Below, piece by piece: positions 53,038-62,384 of a stretch of DNA of 64,000 nucleotides; within the stretch, counting starts at the first letter, position 1, and each line of letters starts with the position of its first letter. The DNA is from Candidatus Sulfotelmatobacter sp. GTDB taxonomy: Bacteria; Verrucomicrobiota; Verrucomicrobiia; Limisphaerales; UBA11358. Position numbers and translations under genes: made by a program. The notes beneath the pieces are model-generated. The model searched no databases and was not told the origin of the DNA. It saw only the letters and a program-made list of their open reading frames with translations. The DNA is taken from contig DATJTK010000174.1 of assembly GCA_035503455.1 (NCBI GenBank), positions 992 through 64,991 on the forward strand, in the 5' to 3' direction.

Positions 53038-53687
53038 AATTCCCTGCATTTGTCCTTCTATGCCTCGCTTGCGGCATTACGACGCTTTCCGCGCAAACAA
53101 ACACCGCAACGAATGGCGTCGACTCCATCCTGGCGCTCGTCACGACAAACAGGCCTGCCGCGCCGCCGGCCACCAACAAGCCCGATGCGACTCCTCCGCG
53201 CGAGCCGCTCACGATTAAATCAACCGGCCCCCTCATCATTGATATGATAAATCACTGGGCCACTTACAGTGACAATGTGCACGTAACCGATGGACAAACG
53301 AAATTGGCCTGCGAATGGCTCAAGGCAAATTTCGCCGGAAGCGGAGAATCACCCACAAACATTGTGGCCGAAACAAATGTCGTCGTTGACTTTGTAGATC
53401 AAAAGGGCCAGAAAGACCGCGCCCTCGGGGACAAGGCAGTGTACAATTTTCAGGTCCAGGATGGCGTGACGAATGAAACCGTCACGCTGACGGGCGATCT
53501 TCCTGATCATCCTCCCGAAGTTATGCAAGGCCCGAATTACACAAACACCCTGACCGGCAGCAAATTTGTTTATTACCCCATGACGAAAATTTGGCGTGTC
53601 GAGCAGCCGAGCGTTGTCTATTGGACCACGAACAACGCGTCAGGAACCAATTCCAGGGGAAACGATATTTTTTCGTTCCCGAAATAA
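53034..53687 (+). CDS. LptA/OstA N-terminal domain-like periplasmic protein (tentative)
   Basis: Signal peptide plus LTIKSTGPLIIDMINHWATYSDNVHVTDGQTKLACEWL...ALGDKAVYNF...TVTLTGD, which resembles the OstA_N repeat logic. It lies immediately upstream of lptB. Confidence 0.58.
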   Translation: MKFPAFVLLCLACGITTLSAQTNTATNGVDSILALVTTNRPAAPPATNKPDATPPREPLTIKSTGPLIIDMINHWATYSDNVHVTDGQTKLACEWLKANFAGSGESPTNIVAETNVVVDFVDQKGQKDRALGDKAVYNFQVQDGVTNETVTLTGDLPDHPPEVMQGPNYTNTLTGSKFVYYPMTKIWRVEQPSVVYWTTNNASGTNSRGNDIFSFPK

Positions 53688-53700
53688 CCAGGACGTCTGA

Positions 53701-54498
53701 GTGAACGAAACCCAACCCAAATCCGAATTGAAAAAAGTCGTTTTGGCGGCTGGCGACACGGCCGCCACCGGGCAACAACCCCTGCTCCTCACGGATAAAC
53801 TCGTCAAACAATATCGTGGACGGCGCGTGGTCGACGAAGTCTCCGTGGATGTGAGCGCCGGCGAAATCGTGGGATTGCTCGGCCCTAACGGCGCGGGCAA
53901 GACGACGACGTTTAACATGGTGGTCGGCGTCGTAAGGCCGGATGATGGGTTTGTTGCCTTTCAAGGCCGCAAAATCACAAACCTGCCCATGCACAAACGC
54001 GCGCGGCTGGGCATCGGCTATCTCACGCAGGAGCCGTCCGTGTTTCGCAAGTTGACGGTGGAACAAAATATCCTGGCGATCCTGGAAACGTTGAAGTTAT
54101 CGCGCGACGAACGCGCCGTGCGCCTGAAGTATCTCCTCGAAGAACTCGATTTGACGCCCGTCGCAAAAAGCAGGGCGTATCAATTAAGCGGCGGCGAAAA
54201 ACGGCGGCTGGAAATCACCCGCGCGCTGGTCACCAGCCCAAAGCTCCTTCTGCTCGACGAACCCTTTAGCGGCATTGACCCCATTGCCGTTTATGAAGTG
54301 CAAAAGATTGTGCGCCGCCTGCGCGAGCGCGGACTGGGAATCCTGGTCACGGACCATAATGTGCGCGAAACCTTGAAATTAATCGACCGCGGCTACATTA
54401 TTCACAAAGGCCAGGTATTGGTGGCCGGCAGTTCGGAATTTTTGGCCAATGATCCCAAGGCCCGGGAAATTTACCTGGGACCGGAATTTAACATGTGA
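53701..54498 (+). CDS. lptB: LPS export ABC transporter ATP-binding protein
   Basis: Walker [10 protein letters not shown], signature [11 protein letters not shown], Walker B LLLDEP and the typical LptB C-terminus ...[13 protein letters not shown]. Confidence 0.92.
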   Translation: MNETQPKSELKKVVLAAGDTAATGQQPLLLTDKLVKQYRGRRVVDEVSVDVSAGEIVGLLGPNGAGKTTTFNMVVGVVRPDDGFVAFQGRKITNLPMHKRARLGIGYLTQEPSVFRKLTVEQNILAILETLKLSRDERAVRLKYLLEELDLTPVAKSRAYQLSGGEKRRLEITRALVTSPKLLLLDEPFSGIDPIAVYEVQKIVRRLRERGLGILVTDHNVRETLKLIDRGYIIHKGQVLVAGSSEFLANDPKAREIYLGPEFNM

Positions 54499-54507
54499 TT
54501 GCTGAAT

Positions 54508-55464
54508 ATGGCGCATCCATCCGTTACCGTTGAACAATTTTTTAAAGAGCACGGGTCAGCCCTGCAAATGCGGCTTATCGCGGACGGCGGCAGCCTCAAA
54601 CGCGCCATTCGCGAACCAACCGTGAATCGGCCCGGCCTGGCCTTGAGCGGCTTTACCCGTTACTTCGCCCATAAACGCATCCAGGCCATCGGCCATGCTG
54701 AATCCTATTTTTTGCAGTCCCTGCCCAGCGCCGACCGCGAAAGGCACCTGGCAGACTTGTTCGCTTTCAAAATTCCCTGCATCGTTTTCAGCCGCGGCCT
54801 CAAACCTGACAAGGAATTTCTCCAGGCCGCCATCGACGCCGGCGTGCCCATTTTTCAGACACCGCTGGTGACGATGAAATTTATCAACGCCGCGACTCTC
54901 GCCCTGGAAATGATGTTCGCCCCGCGCGCAACGGAAATCGGCAGCATGGTGGATATCCTCGGCGTGGGCGTCCTCATCCGCGGTGAAAGCGGCATCGGCA
55001 AGAGCGAAGCAGTCCTGGCCCTCATCGAGCGCGGCTACAGCCTCGTGGCCGACGACGTCACGCGCATGACCCTTGTGGACGGACGCGACATTGTGGGCAC
55101 CAGTTCGGATTTGACCCGCAGCCACATGGAAATCCGCGGCATCGGCATCATAAACGTCGCCGCTATGTTCGGCGTCAAAAGCATTCGCAAGGAAAAAACG
55201 CTCGACCTCGTCGTCATGCTCAAACCATGGGACGACGTTTCCGACGTGGACCGGCTGGGTTTGGAGCAGGAATTCGTTAAAGTCCTGGGCGTGGAAATCC
55301 CGCACATGGTTATTCCCGTCCGTCCCGGACGCGACCTGGCGCGGCTCATCGAGGTGGCCGCGTTTCAAACCAAATTGAAAATGTCCGGCTACAACGCCGC
55401 GCAGGAATTGAACGACCGCCTGATCGCCCACATGAGTACTGGCGAAGCAACGCCCCATTCGTAA
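54508..55464 (+). CDS. hprK: HPr kinase/phosphorylase
   Basis: P-loop GVLIRGESGIGKSE, LIERGYSLVADD and MEIRGIGIINV motifs. The track start is TTG at 54499, directly after the lptB stop; ATG is at 54508. Confidence 0.9.
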   Translation: MAHPSVTVEQFFKEHGSALQMRLIADGGSLKRAIREPTVNRPGLALSGFTRYFAHKRIQAIGHAESYFLQSLPSADRERHLADLFAFKIPCIVFSRGLKPDKEFLQAAIDAGVPIFQTPLVTMKFINAATLALEMMFAPRATEIGSMVDILGVGVLIRGESGIGKSEAVLALIERGYSLVADDVTRMTLVDGRDIVGTSSDLTRSHMEIRGIGIINVAAMFGVKSIRKEKTLDLVVMLKPWDDVSDVDRLGLEQEFVKVLGVEIPHMVIPVRPGRDLARLIEVAAFQTKLKMSGYNAAQELNDRLIAHMSTGEATPHS

Positions 55465-55684
55465 GGCCCAACACGTTGAGGCGTTGAAGAGTTAAAGCGT
55501 TGCGGCATTAAAGAGTGCGATGATTGGTGCCTGCCGTGACGGCACGCGCCGCCGGCGCCTGCGAGTCTTCCACCAATCCACAAATCCAATAATCCAGCCA
55601 TCCAGAATCGTTCCGCATTCCGCATTTCGAAATCCGCATTCGAAAAGGCTTGGCTAGCGCCCCTCCCTTGTTTAACCTCAATCC

Positions 55685-55990
55685 GTGGCCGTCATGAGCG
55701 CTAAGAAATTACCGAACAGCGAGTTTTTAATAAAAGAGTTGACGATTTCCAATAAACTGGGCATTCACGCCCGGCCTGCTGCTCTTTTTGTCAAAACGGC
55801 AAACCGCTTTGCCTGTGAAATCTTCGTCGAAAAGGACGGCGAAAAAATCAACGGCAAAAGCATTATGGGCCTGATGATGCTCGCCGCCGGGCCCGGGAGC
55901 AAAGTCACCCTGCACGTCCGCGGCGCCGATGCCGCGGCGGCCATCGCCGAACTCGAAGCCCTCGTCCAGCGAAAATTCGACGAGGAATAG
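55685..55990 (+). CDS. ptsH: HPr family phosphocarrier protein
   Basis: NKLGIHARPAALF (His15 site) and INGKSIMGLMMLAA (Ser46 site). About 100 aa. Confidence 0.88.
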   Translation: MAVMSAKKLPNSEFLIKELTISNKLGIHARPAALFVKTANRFACEIFVEKDGEKINGKSIMGLMMLAAGPGSKVTLHVRGADAAAAIAELEALVQRKFDEE

Positions 55991-55994
55991 CGCC

Positions 55995-56061
55995 GTAGCG
56001 CAGGTTTCCAAACCCGCCGTATCGCGCCGTATCGCGGGTTTCTAAACCCGCTGGTCGCAGG
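55995..56061 (+). repeat. Half copy of the GTAGCGCAGGTTTCCAAAC... element
   Basis: gtagcgcaggtttccaaacccgccgtatcgcgccgtatcgcgggtttctaaacccgctggtcgcagg. Only one terminus is present. Confidence 0.55.
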
Positions 56062-56184
56062 ACGTCACACGCCTGTCGAACACGGACCATGGCAAATTCC
56101 ACGTTCTTGGATTCTCTGTCCCATTTATCCACTAATCCAACAATCCAATTGTTCTTTGAGCCCGCGAACCCTACCCTTGTCCGT

Positions 56185-56472
56185 ATGGCGTCATCTGATT
56201 TTGACATTAAATATGTCGCACACCTTGCCCGGATCGAACTTTCGCCGGATGAAGAGAAAAAACTGGCCACCCAGTTGGGCAATATCATCGGCTACATCGA
56301 AAAATTGAACGAACTGGACGTTTCGAACGTAGAACCCACGGCCCATGCCGTTCCCCTCATCAATGTGACCCGTCCCGACCAGGTCGGCGAATCGCTGTCG
56401 CAGGAAGAGGCCCTCCGAAACGCTCCCGCCAAAACCAATGGCCTGTTTATTGTGCCCAAGATCGTTGAATAG
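56185..56472 (+). CDS. gatC: Asp-tRNA(Asn)/Glu-tRNA(Gln) amidotransferase subunit C
   Basis: [49 protein letters not shown] is the GatC pattern. ATG 56185 is preferred over the track start at 56089, which lies in repeat DNA. Confidence 0.88.
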   Translation: MASSDFDIKYVAHLARIELSPDEEKKLATQLGNIIGYIEKLNELDVSNVEPTAHAVPLINVTRPDQVGESLSQEEALRNAPAKTNGLFIVPKIVE

Positions 56473-56480
56473 CACCTCGT

Positions 56481-57950
56481 ATGTCGTTAAACGAATCAAC
56501 CATTTCCGAACTCGCGCCCAGGCTCGCCGCCCGGGAAATTTCCGCCCGCCAAATCATGCAGTCCTGCCTGGACCGCATGGCCCGCGTGGAGGGAAAAATC
56601 CACGCTTTTATCAGTTGGAACGAAAAAGACGCCCTGGCCCAGGCCGACGCTGCCGACCGCGATATATCCCGCGGAATAACTCATTCCGAGAAGCCGCTAC
56701 TTGGTATCCCAGTTGCTATCAAGGACGTTATGGCCGTCAAAGACCAGCCTTTGAATTGCGCTTCAAAGATATTGGGCGACTTTATTTCGCCTTATGATGC
56801 CACCGCGATTAGAAAATTAAAATCAGCGGGGGCCATCGTTTTTGGACGGTGCAACATGGACGAATTTGCCATGGGCAGTTCCACTGAGAATTCGGCCTTT
56901 GGCGTTACCCACAATCCGTGGGACGTGGACCGCATCCCAGGCGGTTCGTCGGGCGGCTCGGCCGCGGCGGTCGCCGCGGATGAAACCATCGCCTCGATTG
57001 GAACGGACACCGGCGGATCCATTCGCCAGCCTGCGGCGTTGTGCGGGGTGGTCGGCCTCAAACCCACGTACGGCCGTGTCTCGCGTTATGGCCTCGTGGC
57101 CTTTGCCAGTTCGCTCGACCAGGTCGGGCCATTCACCAAAAATGTGTCCGATGCCGCCACGTTGCTCGGCGTTTTAGGCGGCCAGGACCCGCACGATTCC
57201 ACCAGCGTGCCCCGTCCCGTGCCCGATTACAGGAAAGCCCTGGATGGGAACATCCGCGGAATCAAAATCGGTTTGCCAAAAGAATACATGGTTGGCGGCC
57301 TGGACCCGGAAGTTAAATTGGCCGTGGACGCCGCCGTAAAACAACTTCAGGAACTCGGCGCGGAAACCGTGGAAATTTCACTGCCTCACACCGATTATGC
57401 CGTGGCGACTTACTACATCGTCGCGACTGCCGAAGCCTCGGCCAACCTGGCGCGGTTCGACGGCGTCCGTTATGGCGCGCGCGCGGAGGCGGGGGATGTC
57501 CGCGAACTTTACAGCCGCACCCGTGGCGCGGGCTTTGGTCATGAGGTCAAACGCAGAATCATCCTGGGCACCTACGTTTTGAGCAGCGGCTATTACGACG
57601 CCTATTACCTGCGCGCCCAAAAAGTGCGCACGCTCATTCGAGAGGATTTTCTCGACGCCTTTGAAAACGTGGACGCCATCGTCACGCCCACGTCTCCCAC
57701 AGCGGCTTTCAAAATCGGCGAAAAAGCCGATGATCCCCTGCAGATGTATTTGTCGGACATCTTCACCATTTCCTGCAATCTTGCGGGAATATGCGGCATT
57801 AGTGTGCCGTGCGGTTTCACGAAAAACCCGAAACTGCCCATTGGCCTGCAATTGCTCGGCAAACCTTTTGGCGAGGAACTGTTGTTGCGCGTCGCTCGCG
57901 CGTACGAACGCAGTACTCAGTGGCACACTCAGAAGCCCGGTATCAACTAA
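56481..57950 (+). CDS. gatA: Glutamyl-tRNA(Gln) amidotransferase subunit A
   Basis: 489 aa with the amidase signature [12 protein letters not shown]...[13 protein letters not shown]. It is adjacent to gatC. Confidence 0.93.
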   Translation: MSLNESTISELAPRLAAREISARQIMQSCLDRMARVEGKIHAFISWNEKDALAQADAADRDISRGITHSEKPLLGIPVAIKDVMAVKDQPLNCASKILGDFISPYDATAIRKLKSAGAIVFGRCNMDEFAMGSSTENSAFGVTHNPWDVDRIPGGSSGGSAAAVAADETIASIGTDTGGSIRQPAALCGVVGLKPTYGRVSRYGLVAFASSLDQVGPFTKNVSDAATLLGVLGGQDPHDSTSVPRPVPDYRKALDGNIRGIKIGLPKEYMVGGLDPEVKLAVDAAVKQLQELGAETVEISLPHTDYAVATYYIVATAEASANLARFDGVRYGARAEAGDVRELYSRTRGAGFGHEVKRRIILGTYVLSSGYYDAYYLRAQKVRTLIREDFLDAFENVDAIVTPTSPTAAFKIGEKADDPLQMYLSDIFTISCNLAGICGISVPCGFTKNPKLPIGLQLLGKPFGEELLLRVARAYERSTQWHTQKPGIN

Positions 57951-57959
57951 TCGATATGT

Positions 57960-58772
57960 ATGAATGCAGTCAAAACCCCTAATAAAATTTTGTTCTTTCT
58001 CGGATTGTCACTCCCGTTGCTGGCTTTATTGACCATCGGCTGGCTCGTGCGCGAAACCAGCGGCCGGTTCGAGGAATCGTTCTTTCAGGTCGAACACACC
58101 TACAAAGTCGTCAACCTCGTCGAGCAGACGCAATTGCACCTCCTGGACGCGGAAACCGAGCGCCGCGGCTACCTGCTGGCCGGCGGCTCCGGTTACCTGG
58201 ATTCCTACGGCGCCGCGATGGGCGACGTCCAAAAAGACATCGTCCAACTGCAAACTCTTCTCGGCAAAAGCACCACCCAGCAGACAAACATTTCCCAACT
58301 GCAGGACCTGATTAATGTGCGCCTGGGCATCGACCCGGAGAAAATGAAAGTATCGGCAAACCTGCCGGATATGCTCGCTGTTTCGCTCACCGCCGACGGG
58401 AAACAAACGATGGATGAAATCAATCGCGTGCTCTTCCAAGTGCGCCAGGATGAGGAAGACCGGTTGAACGAACGCGAATTGCGGACGGAAAACGACGCCA
58501 TTTCCGGGCGCATCGCCACCGTCATCCTCATCGGCACCGTCGCCATCGCCCTCATCTTTATTATTTTCATTTTGGTGCGCCTCGAAAAACTCCAGCAGTT
58601 TGTCACCATTTGCGCCTGGACCGGCCAGGTTAAAGATGGCGAGGATTGGATTCGCCTGGACCAATATCTTGAACGCCGCTTCGGCCTCTCGGTTTCCCAC
58701 GGCCTTTCCCGCGAAGCCGCCGTCAAAATGATTCACGAAATGGAAGCGCGCCAAAACGCCGTCGCCAAATAG
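57960..58772 (+). CDS. CHASE3 domain-containing membrane protein
   Basis: N-terminal TM helix, then VEHTYKVVNLVEQTQLHLLDAETERRGYLLAGGSGYLDSY (CHASE3 signature) and a second TM helix. There is a short cytoplasmic tail and no kinase or cyclase output. Confidence 0.68.
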   Translation: MNAVKTPNKILFFLGLSLPLLALLTIGWLVRETSGRFEESFFQVEHTYKVVNLVEQTQLHLLDAETERRGYLLAGGSGYLDSYGAAMGDVQKDIVQLQTLLGKSTTQQTNISQLQDLINVRLGIDPEKMKVSANLPDMLAVSLTADGKQTMDEINRVLFQVRQDEEDRLNERELRTENDAISGRIATVILIGTVAIALIFIIFILVRLEKLQQFVTICAWTGQVKDGEDWIRLDQYLERRFGLSVSHGLSREAAVKMIHEMEARQNAVAK

Positions 58773-58888
58773 TCCCGTTTGGTGTCCCCGGCGGAGTCCA
58801 ATAATGTGCCGGTGTTTGAAAGGTTGGCGCTTCAACGTTTCAACAAATCACGCGCCGAAGGCGAAAATAAGCTTGCTCTGAAAGTAAC

Positions 58889-59533
58889 TTGATGGTTACT
58901 TATTTGCGCATGCCCGCCGCCTCAAAAAAGAACCTTCCGCCGCGCAATCCCAGCCGTTCGCGTGAACGCATCCTGGGCGCCGCGCTGAAAGAATTTGCCG
59001 CCAAAGGATTCGCCGGCGCCCGCGTGGACGCCATCGCCCGCCGTGCCAGCATTAATAAGCGCATGCTTTACCATTATTTCGGCGACAAAGAAGAGCTGTT
59101 TAAAGCGGTTCTCCGCCGAAAAATTTCCCAGCGGAGGGCGTGGGCCGAGACATTGTCCGGCGACCCGGAGGAAACGTTGCCATTTTGGTTTGAGGCGGCC
59201 TGCCGGGATCCCGAATGGGTCCGCCTGTTCCAATGGGAGGCTTTGCAGGGCAACTGGCAAAAAGTCATTGATGAAAAAGATCGACTCGAGGGCACCGCTC
59301 GCGGACTCGAGCGCATCCGCCAGCGGCAGGAGCGCGGCCAGATTTCATCCGAGTTTGATCCCCGCCACGTGATGCTGACCATGCGTTCCCTGACCATGTT
59401 TCCAGTCGCGTTCCCTCAATTGACCCGGCTGATTACCGGAAAATCCATATTCGATCCCCAATTTCAAAAGGAACGCGCCGAATTCCTGAAAAAATTCGCC
59501 GCCGCCCTGCGCCCACAAAAAAAACCTGAATAG
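58889..59533 (+). CDS. TetR/AcrR family transcriptional regulator
   Basis: HTH region ILGAALKEFAAKGFAGARVDAIARRASINKRMLYHYFGDKEELF. The probable start is ATG 58910. Confidence 0.88.
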   Translation: MMVTYLRMPAASKKNLPPRNPSRSRERILGAALKEFAAKGFAGARVDAIARRASINKRMLYHYFGDKEELFKAVLRRKISQRRAWAETLSGDPEETLPFWFEAACRDPEWVRLFQWEALQGNWQKVIDEKDRLEGTARGLERIRQRQERGQISSEFDPRHVMLTMRSLTMFPVAFPQLTRLITGKSIFDPQFQKERAEFLKKFAAALRPQKKPE

Positions 59534-59576
59534 AGAATTCCTTCCTGATTTCCCGCATTCCTCATTATCTTGATCT

Positions 59577-60131
59577 CTACTTTTTCCTTTTTCCTTTTTC
59601 CTTTTTAATTTCCAGCTCCTCACTCCTTTCGCTGCGTCCTACGTCGTCCACAACCTGGACCTTATTTGCCTCGGCCCAATCTTTGACAAACTCCTTCATG
59701 GCGTCCTCACGGTACTGATACCAGTCGTCCAACAGGCCCAGGCGATGGGCTGTGTCCTTGTAATAGCGGAATGCGCCCTTGCCTTTAATGGCCCGCCACA
59801 ATTGCTCGGCAGCGTCGTTATCATCAAGCGTCCCGATGAATTGTTCCATGTGACGATATTCATGAAATTCAAATTTGTCCGGCGGATCTACGAATCGCTC
59901 ACCCGAATCTTCCGCAATGGCCCGCGCGAGTTTCAATTCTTCCTTCTGCCATTCTGCTATATCATCCACGGTTTCATCATCCCCTTCTTCCACGGCCCCA
60001 ATCACAGCGTCTTCCACCATCACCAAACGGCCGGTTTGCAAATCAAGTTTCGTCATGTGCTCCGTGGAATCGAATTCAAGCGCATCCATGAGTTCAGATA
60101 TGTTGACAGGCTTCTTTTCCATAATTTTCAA
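59577..60131 (-). CDS. UPF0158 family protein
   Basis: 184 aa. ...HEYRHMEQFIGTLDDNDAAEQLWRAIKGKGAFRYYKDTAHRLGLLDDWYQYRE... matches the UPF0158 pattern as I remember it. Confidence 0.65.
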   Translation of the reverse strand: MKIMEKKPVNISELMDALEFDSTEHMTKLDLQTGRLVMVEDAVIGAVEEGDDETVDDIAEWQKEELKLARAIAEDSGERFVDPPDKFEFHEYRHMEQFIGTLDDNDAAEQLWRAIKGKGAFRYYKDTAHRLGLLDDWYQYREDAMKEFVKDWAEANKVQVVDDVGRSERSEELEIKKEKGKRKK

Positions 60132-60296
60132 TTGAAAGTACGGTCAAGCATAGCGGTGAGCAAGGCTTGTAATTCCCTTCCTGATTTCCTCATTTCCTCA
60201 TGGTTTTAGTTCCCCTTATTCCTTATTCCTTTTTAATTTCTAATCGCGCCTTCGCGGCTTCATTGTTCATTTCCCGCCCCCCCGCCCCAATGACAC

Positions 60297-61001
60297 TCAT
60301 GGCACTGAATTAGTGCCGGTTTCGCGAAGAAAGGCATTGAGAATAGACAGATAAGCGTCCACTTCTTCACCCGCATCAGACCCCATCTGCTTCTTATACT
60401 CCTGCAACTGGTCGGCCGCGGATTGGACTTGCGACCGCAACCCGTTCATATCGATTTGCCCGCTGCTCAATCCATCCAATAACTCGTTGATTTTACCGAC
60501 GGCCTCGGGGCTGGCGCTTGAGCCGAGGACCTGCGCCGTGACTTCCTGAACAAGATTGCTGTGCCCTTGGATTTCACGAGCCATCGCCTCGAGGCCCGTC
60601 TCGACACTGGAATTGGCATCGGCATTGGAATTCGTTTGCGGATTTGCCTGGGCCGTGTAGGCGGCCGCGAGCGCGCTGGCGGCGGCGTCCGAAACGGAAT
60701 TCGCCTCGGTGGCAAGGTTGGGAATTCCAGTGTTCGCGCCCGACGCCACTGCTCCCTGCGCCGACGCTGTCGCTGTCGCTGTCGCCGTGCCGAATGCAAT
60801 GTTGGCGACTTTGACGCGCGGCAGGGTCAAGGTCCCCAGGCTATCGTCCTGGAGCACGAGAGCATCTGTCGTCACGGTCTCGACCTTCCCATTCAATACA
60901 TCCCCATTCCGCAGCGTTATTTGATCGGCGGATGCCGACGATACCGCAACACCAGTGAGAAACGCGGCCAGGAATAATATGAAGCTGATTAACTTTTTCA
61001 C
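60297..61001 (-). CDS. Secreted Ala/Ser/Thr-rich hypothetical protein
   Basis: A GTG at 61001 gives VKKLISFILFLAAFLTGVAVSSASA, a signal peptide. The longer track ORF (to 61115) runs through repeat DNA. Confidence 0.5.
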   Translation of the reverse strand: MKKLISFILFLAAFLTGVAVSSASADQITLRNGDVLNGKVETVTTDALVLQDDSLGTLTLPRVKVANIAFGTATATATASAQGAVASGANTGIPNLATEANSVSDAAASALAAAYTAQANPQTNSNADANSSVETGLEAMAREIQGHSNLVQEVTAQVLGSSASPEAVGKINELLDGLSSGQIDMNGLRSQVQSAADQLQEYKKQMGSDAGEEVDAYLSILNAFLRETGTNSVP

Positions 61002-61212
61002 AATGAAACCATAATCCGCGTAGGCGAATGCTGCAAATCCAAAATGGCCGGGCCAGCAAATAATAAATGAGGAAGGAAGGAACAAAGGAATGAATTGAAA
61101 TGCAACATCGAACATCTAATACCGCATATCCCCGACTGCGGACTGACTTCCATTAATCCATGCATCCAATAATCCACCAATCCACAATCCGTTTCCTGAT
61201 TTCCTGCATTCC

Positions 61213-62148
61213 TCATAGTTTTAATCTGCGCCTATCTGCGAAATCTGCGGATAAAAACTTCGCGCCTTTTTTATTCAATCCCCTTTGTCTGGTCATTCCG
61301 CAATTCGCATTAACAAAGATTCGTATCGTGATCTTATGCGGGATGGCGAATCTCGCCGGCGCGATTCGTTCCAACAAAGCCGCATGTTCGCGGTCAAATG
61401 CCTCCGTTTGTTCCCGGGTCAGGGCAGGGCCAATCCAGCGACACGCGCGAATGCGTCCACGCCACGATTCCCGACTAAACGGCACGTTTATTTGATACTC
61501 ATGAAACGTTTTTAATTTGAGCCAGTCCCGCGACCACTTCGGAACCACGTCCTTATCCCACCTGCGCTGCCTGCGCCGCGCCTCCACATTATACTTTCCG
61601 ATTAATTCAAGCGTCTGACGAAAGATTCCCTCTTCCCACCTGTCCCAAATCAGCGTGCTCACCAAAAGCAATCCGCCCGGACGAAGCAGACGCGGCACCT
61701 CCACCTTCATCTGCTCAACATCAAAATACGTCCAGCACATGCTCGCCGTAATGGCATCAAACGAATGATCCGGCAGACCCGTTTTCTCCGCATGACCCAC
61801 CTTAAATTTAATTTTGACCCCAGCATCGAGCGCCGCCAATTTTTGAGCCCGGATCTGCCCCTCCGACGGGTCCACAGCCGTGACCCGCGCCCCCTGCCCC
61901 GCAAACGGAATCGCCAGCGCACCCGTGCCCGAACCAAGATCAAGAATGTCCTGTCCTGCCGAACCGATGCCCAACTGTCGCAGCAACGTAAAATATTGTT
62001 TCGGGTATCCCGGACGATGCCGCAGATAATCGTGGGAAATTGCGCTCCAATTTAAATTCGGCGTTCCAGCCGTTCCATTTTTTAAATCTGATCTTGCGGC
62101 GTCTCCGACGCTTTCGATATTTGCTTTTGATTTCAAATCAGCCATCAA
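61213..62148 (-). CDS. Class I SAM-dependent methyltransferase
   Basis: Motif I ILDLGSGTGALAIPFA, post-I VTAVDPSEGQI and a Methyltransf_11-like spacing. Confidence 0.8.
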   Translation of the reverse strand: MMADLKSKANIESVGDAARSDLKNGTAGTPNLNWSAISHDYLRHRPGYPKQYFTLLRQLGIGSAGQDILDLGSGTGALAIPFAGQGARVTAVDPSEGQIRAQKLAALDAGVKIKFKVGHAEKTGLPDHSFDAITASMCWTYFDVEQMKVEVPRLLRPGGLLLVSTLIWDRWEEGIFRQTLELIGKYNVEARRRQRRWDKDVVPKWSRDWLKLKTFHEYQINVPFSRESWRGRIRACRWIGPALTREQTEAFDREHAALLERIAPARFAIPHKITIRIFVNANCGMTRQRGLNKKGAKFLSADFADRRRLKL

Positions 62149-62226
62149 TGCATTTTCCCTTTTTTAAGCGCGCGCATCAAGCCGCCAAGGCATCAAGTCC
62201 ATAGGAAGCATAAACCTTTGGACCCG

Positions 62227-62316
62227 GCGCTTGCCGTCCTGGAGTGCGGTGGCAAGTCCGCGCGACACCGCTTTCGGGCGTCGTTGGACTTTCAAATCGC
62301 GATTGACGCTTCGAAG
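62227..62316 (-). repeat. About 90-bp dispersed repeat, inverted copy of 25246-25335
   Basis: gcgcttgccgtcctggagtgcggtggcaagtccgcgcgacaccgctttcgggcgtcgttggactttcaaatcgcgattgacgcttcgaag. Confidence 0.75.
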
Positions 62317-62384
62317 TCGTCCGACTCCCGAAGCGAATCTCCTCGATTTTAACACTTCCAACATCGTCTTCAAATTTGCCCGAT

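Noticed and set aside
54556-55458. 300-aa minus-strand ORF
   Set aside because: It is antisense to hprK, which has its P-loop and signature motifs on the plus strand.
56089-56184. N-terminal 32-codon extension of gatC in the ORF track
   Set aside because: The extension translates the ccaat/atcca simple-repeat DNA (LSTNPTIQLFF). The conserved GatC sequence begins right after ATG 56185.
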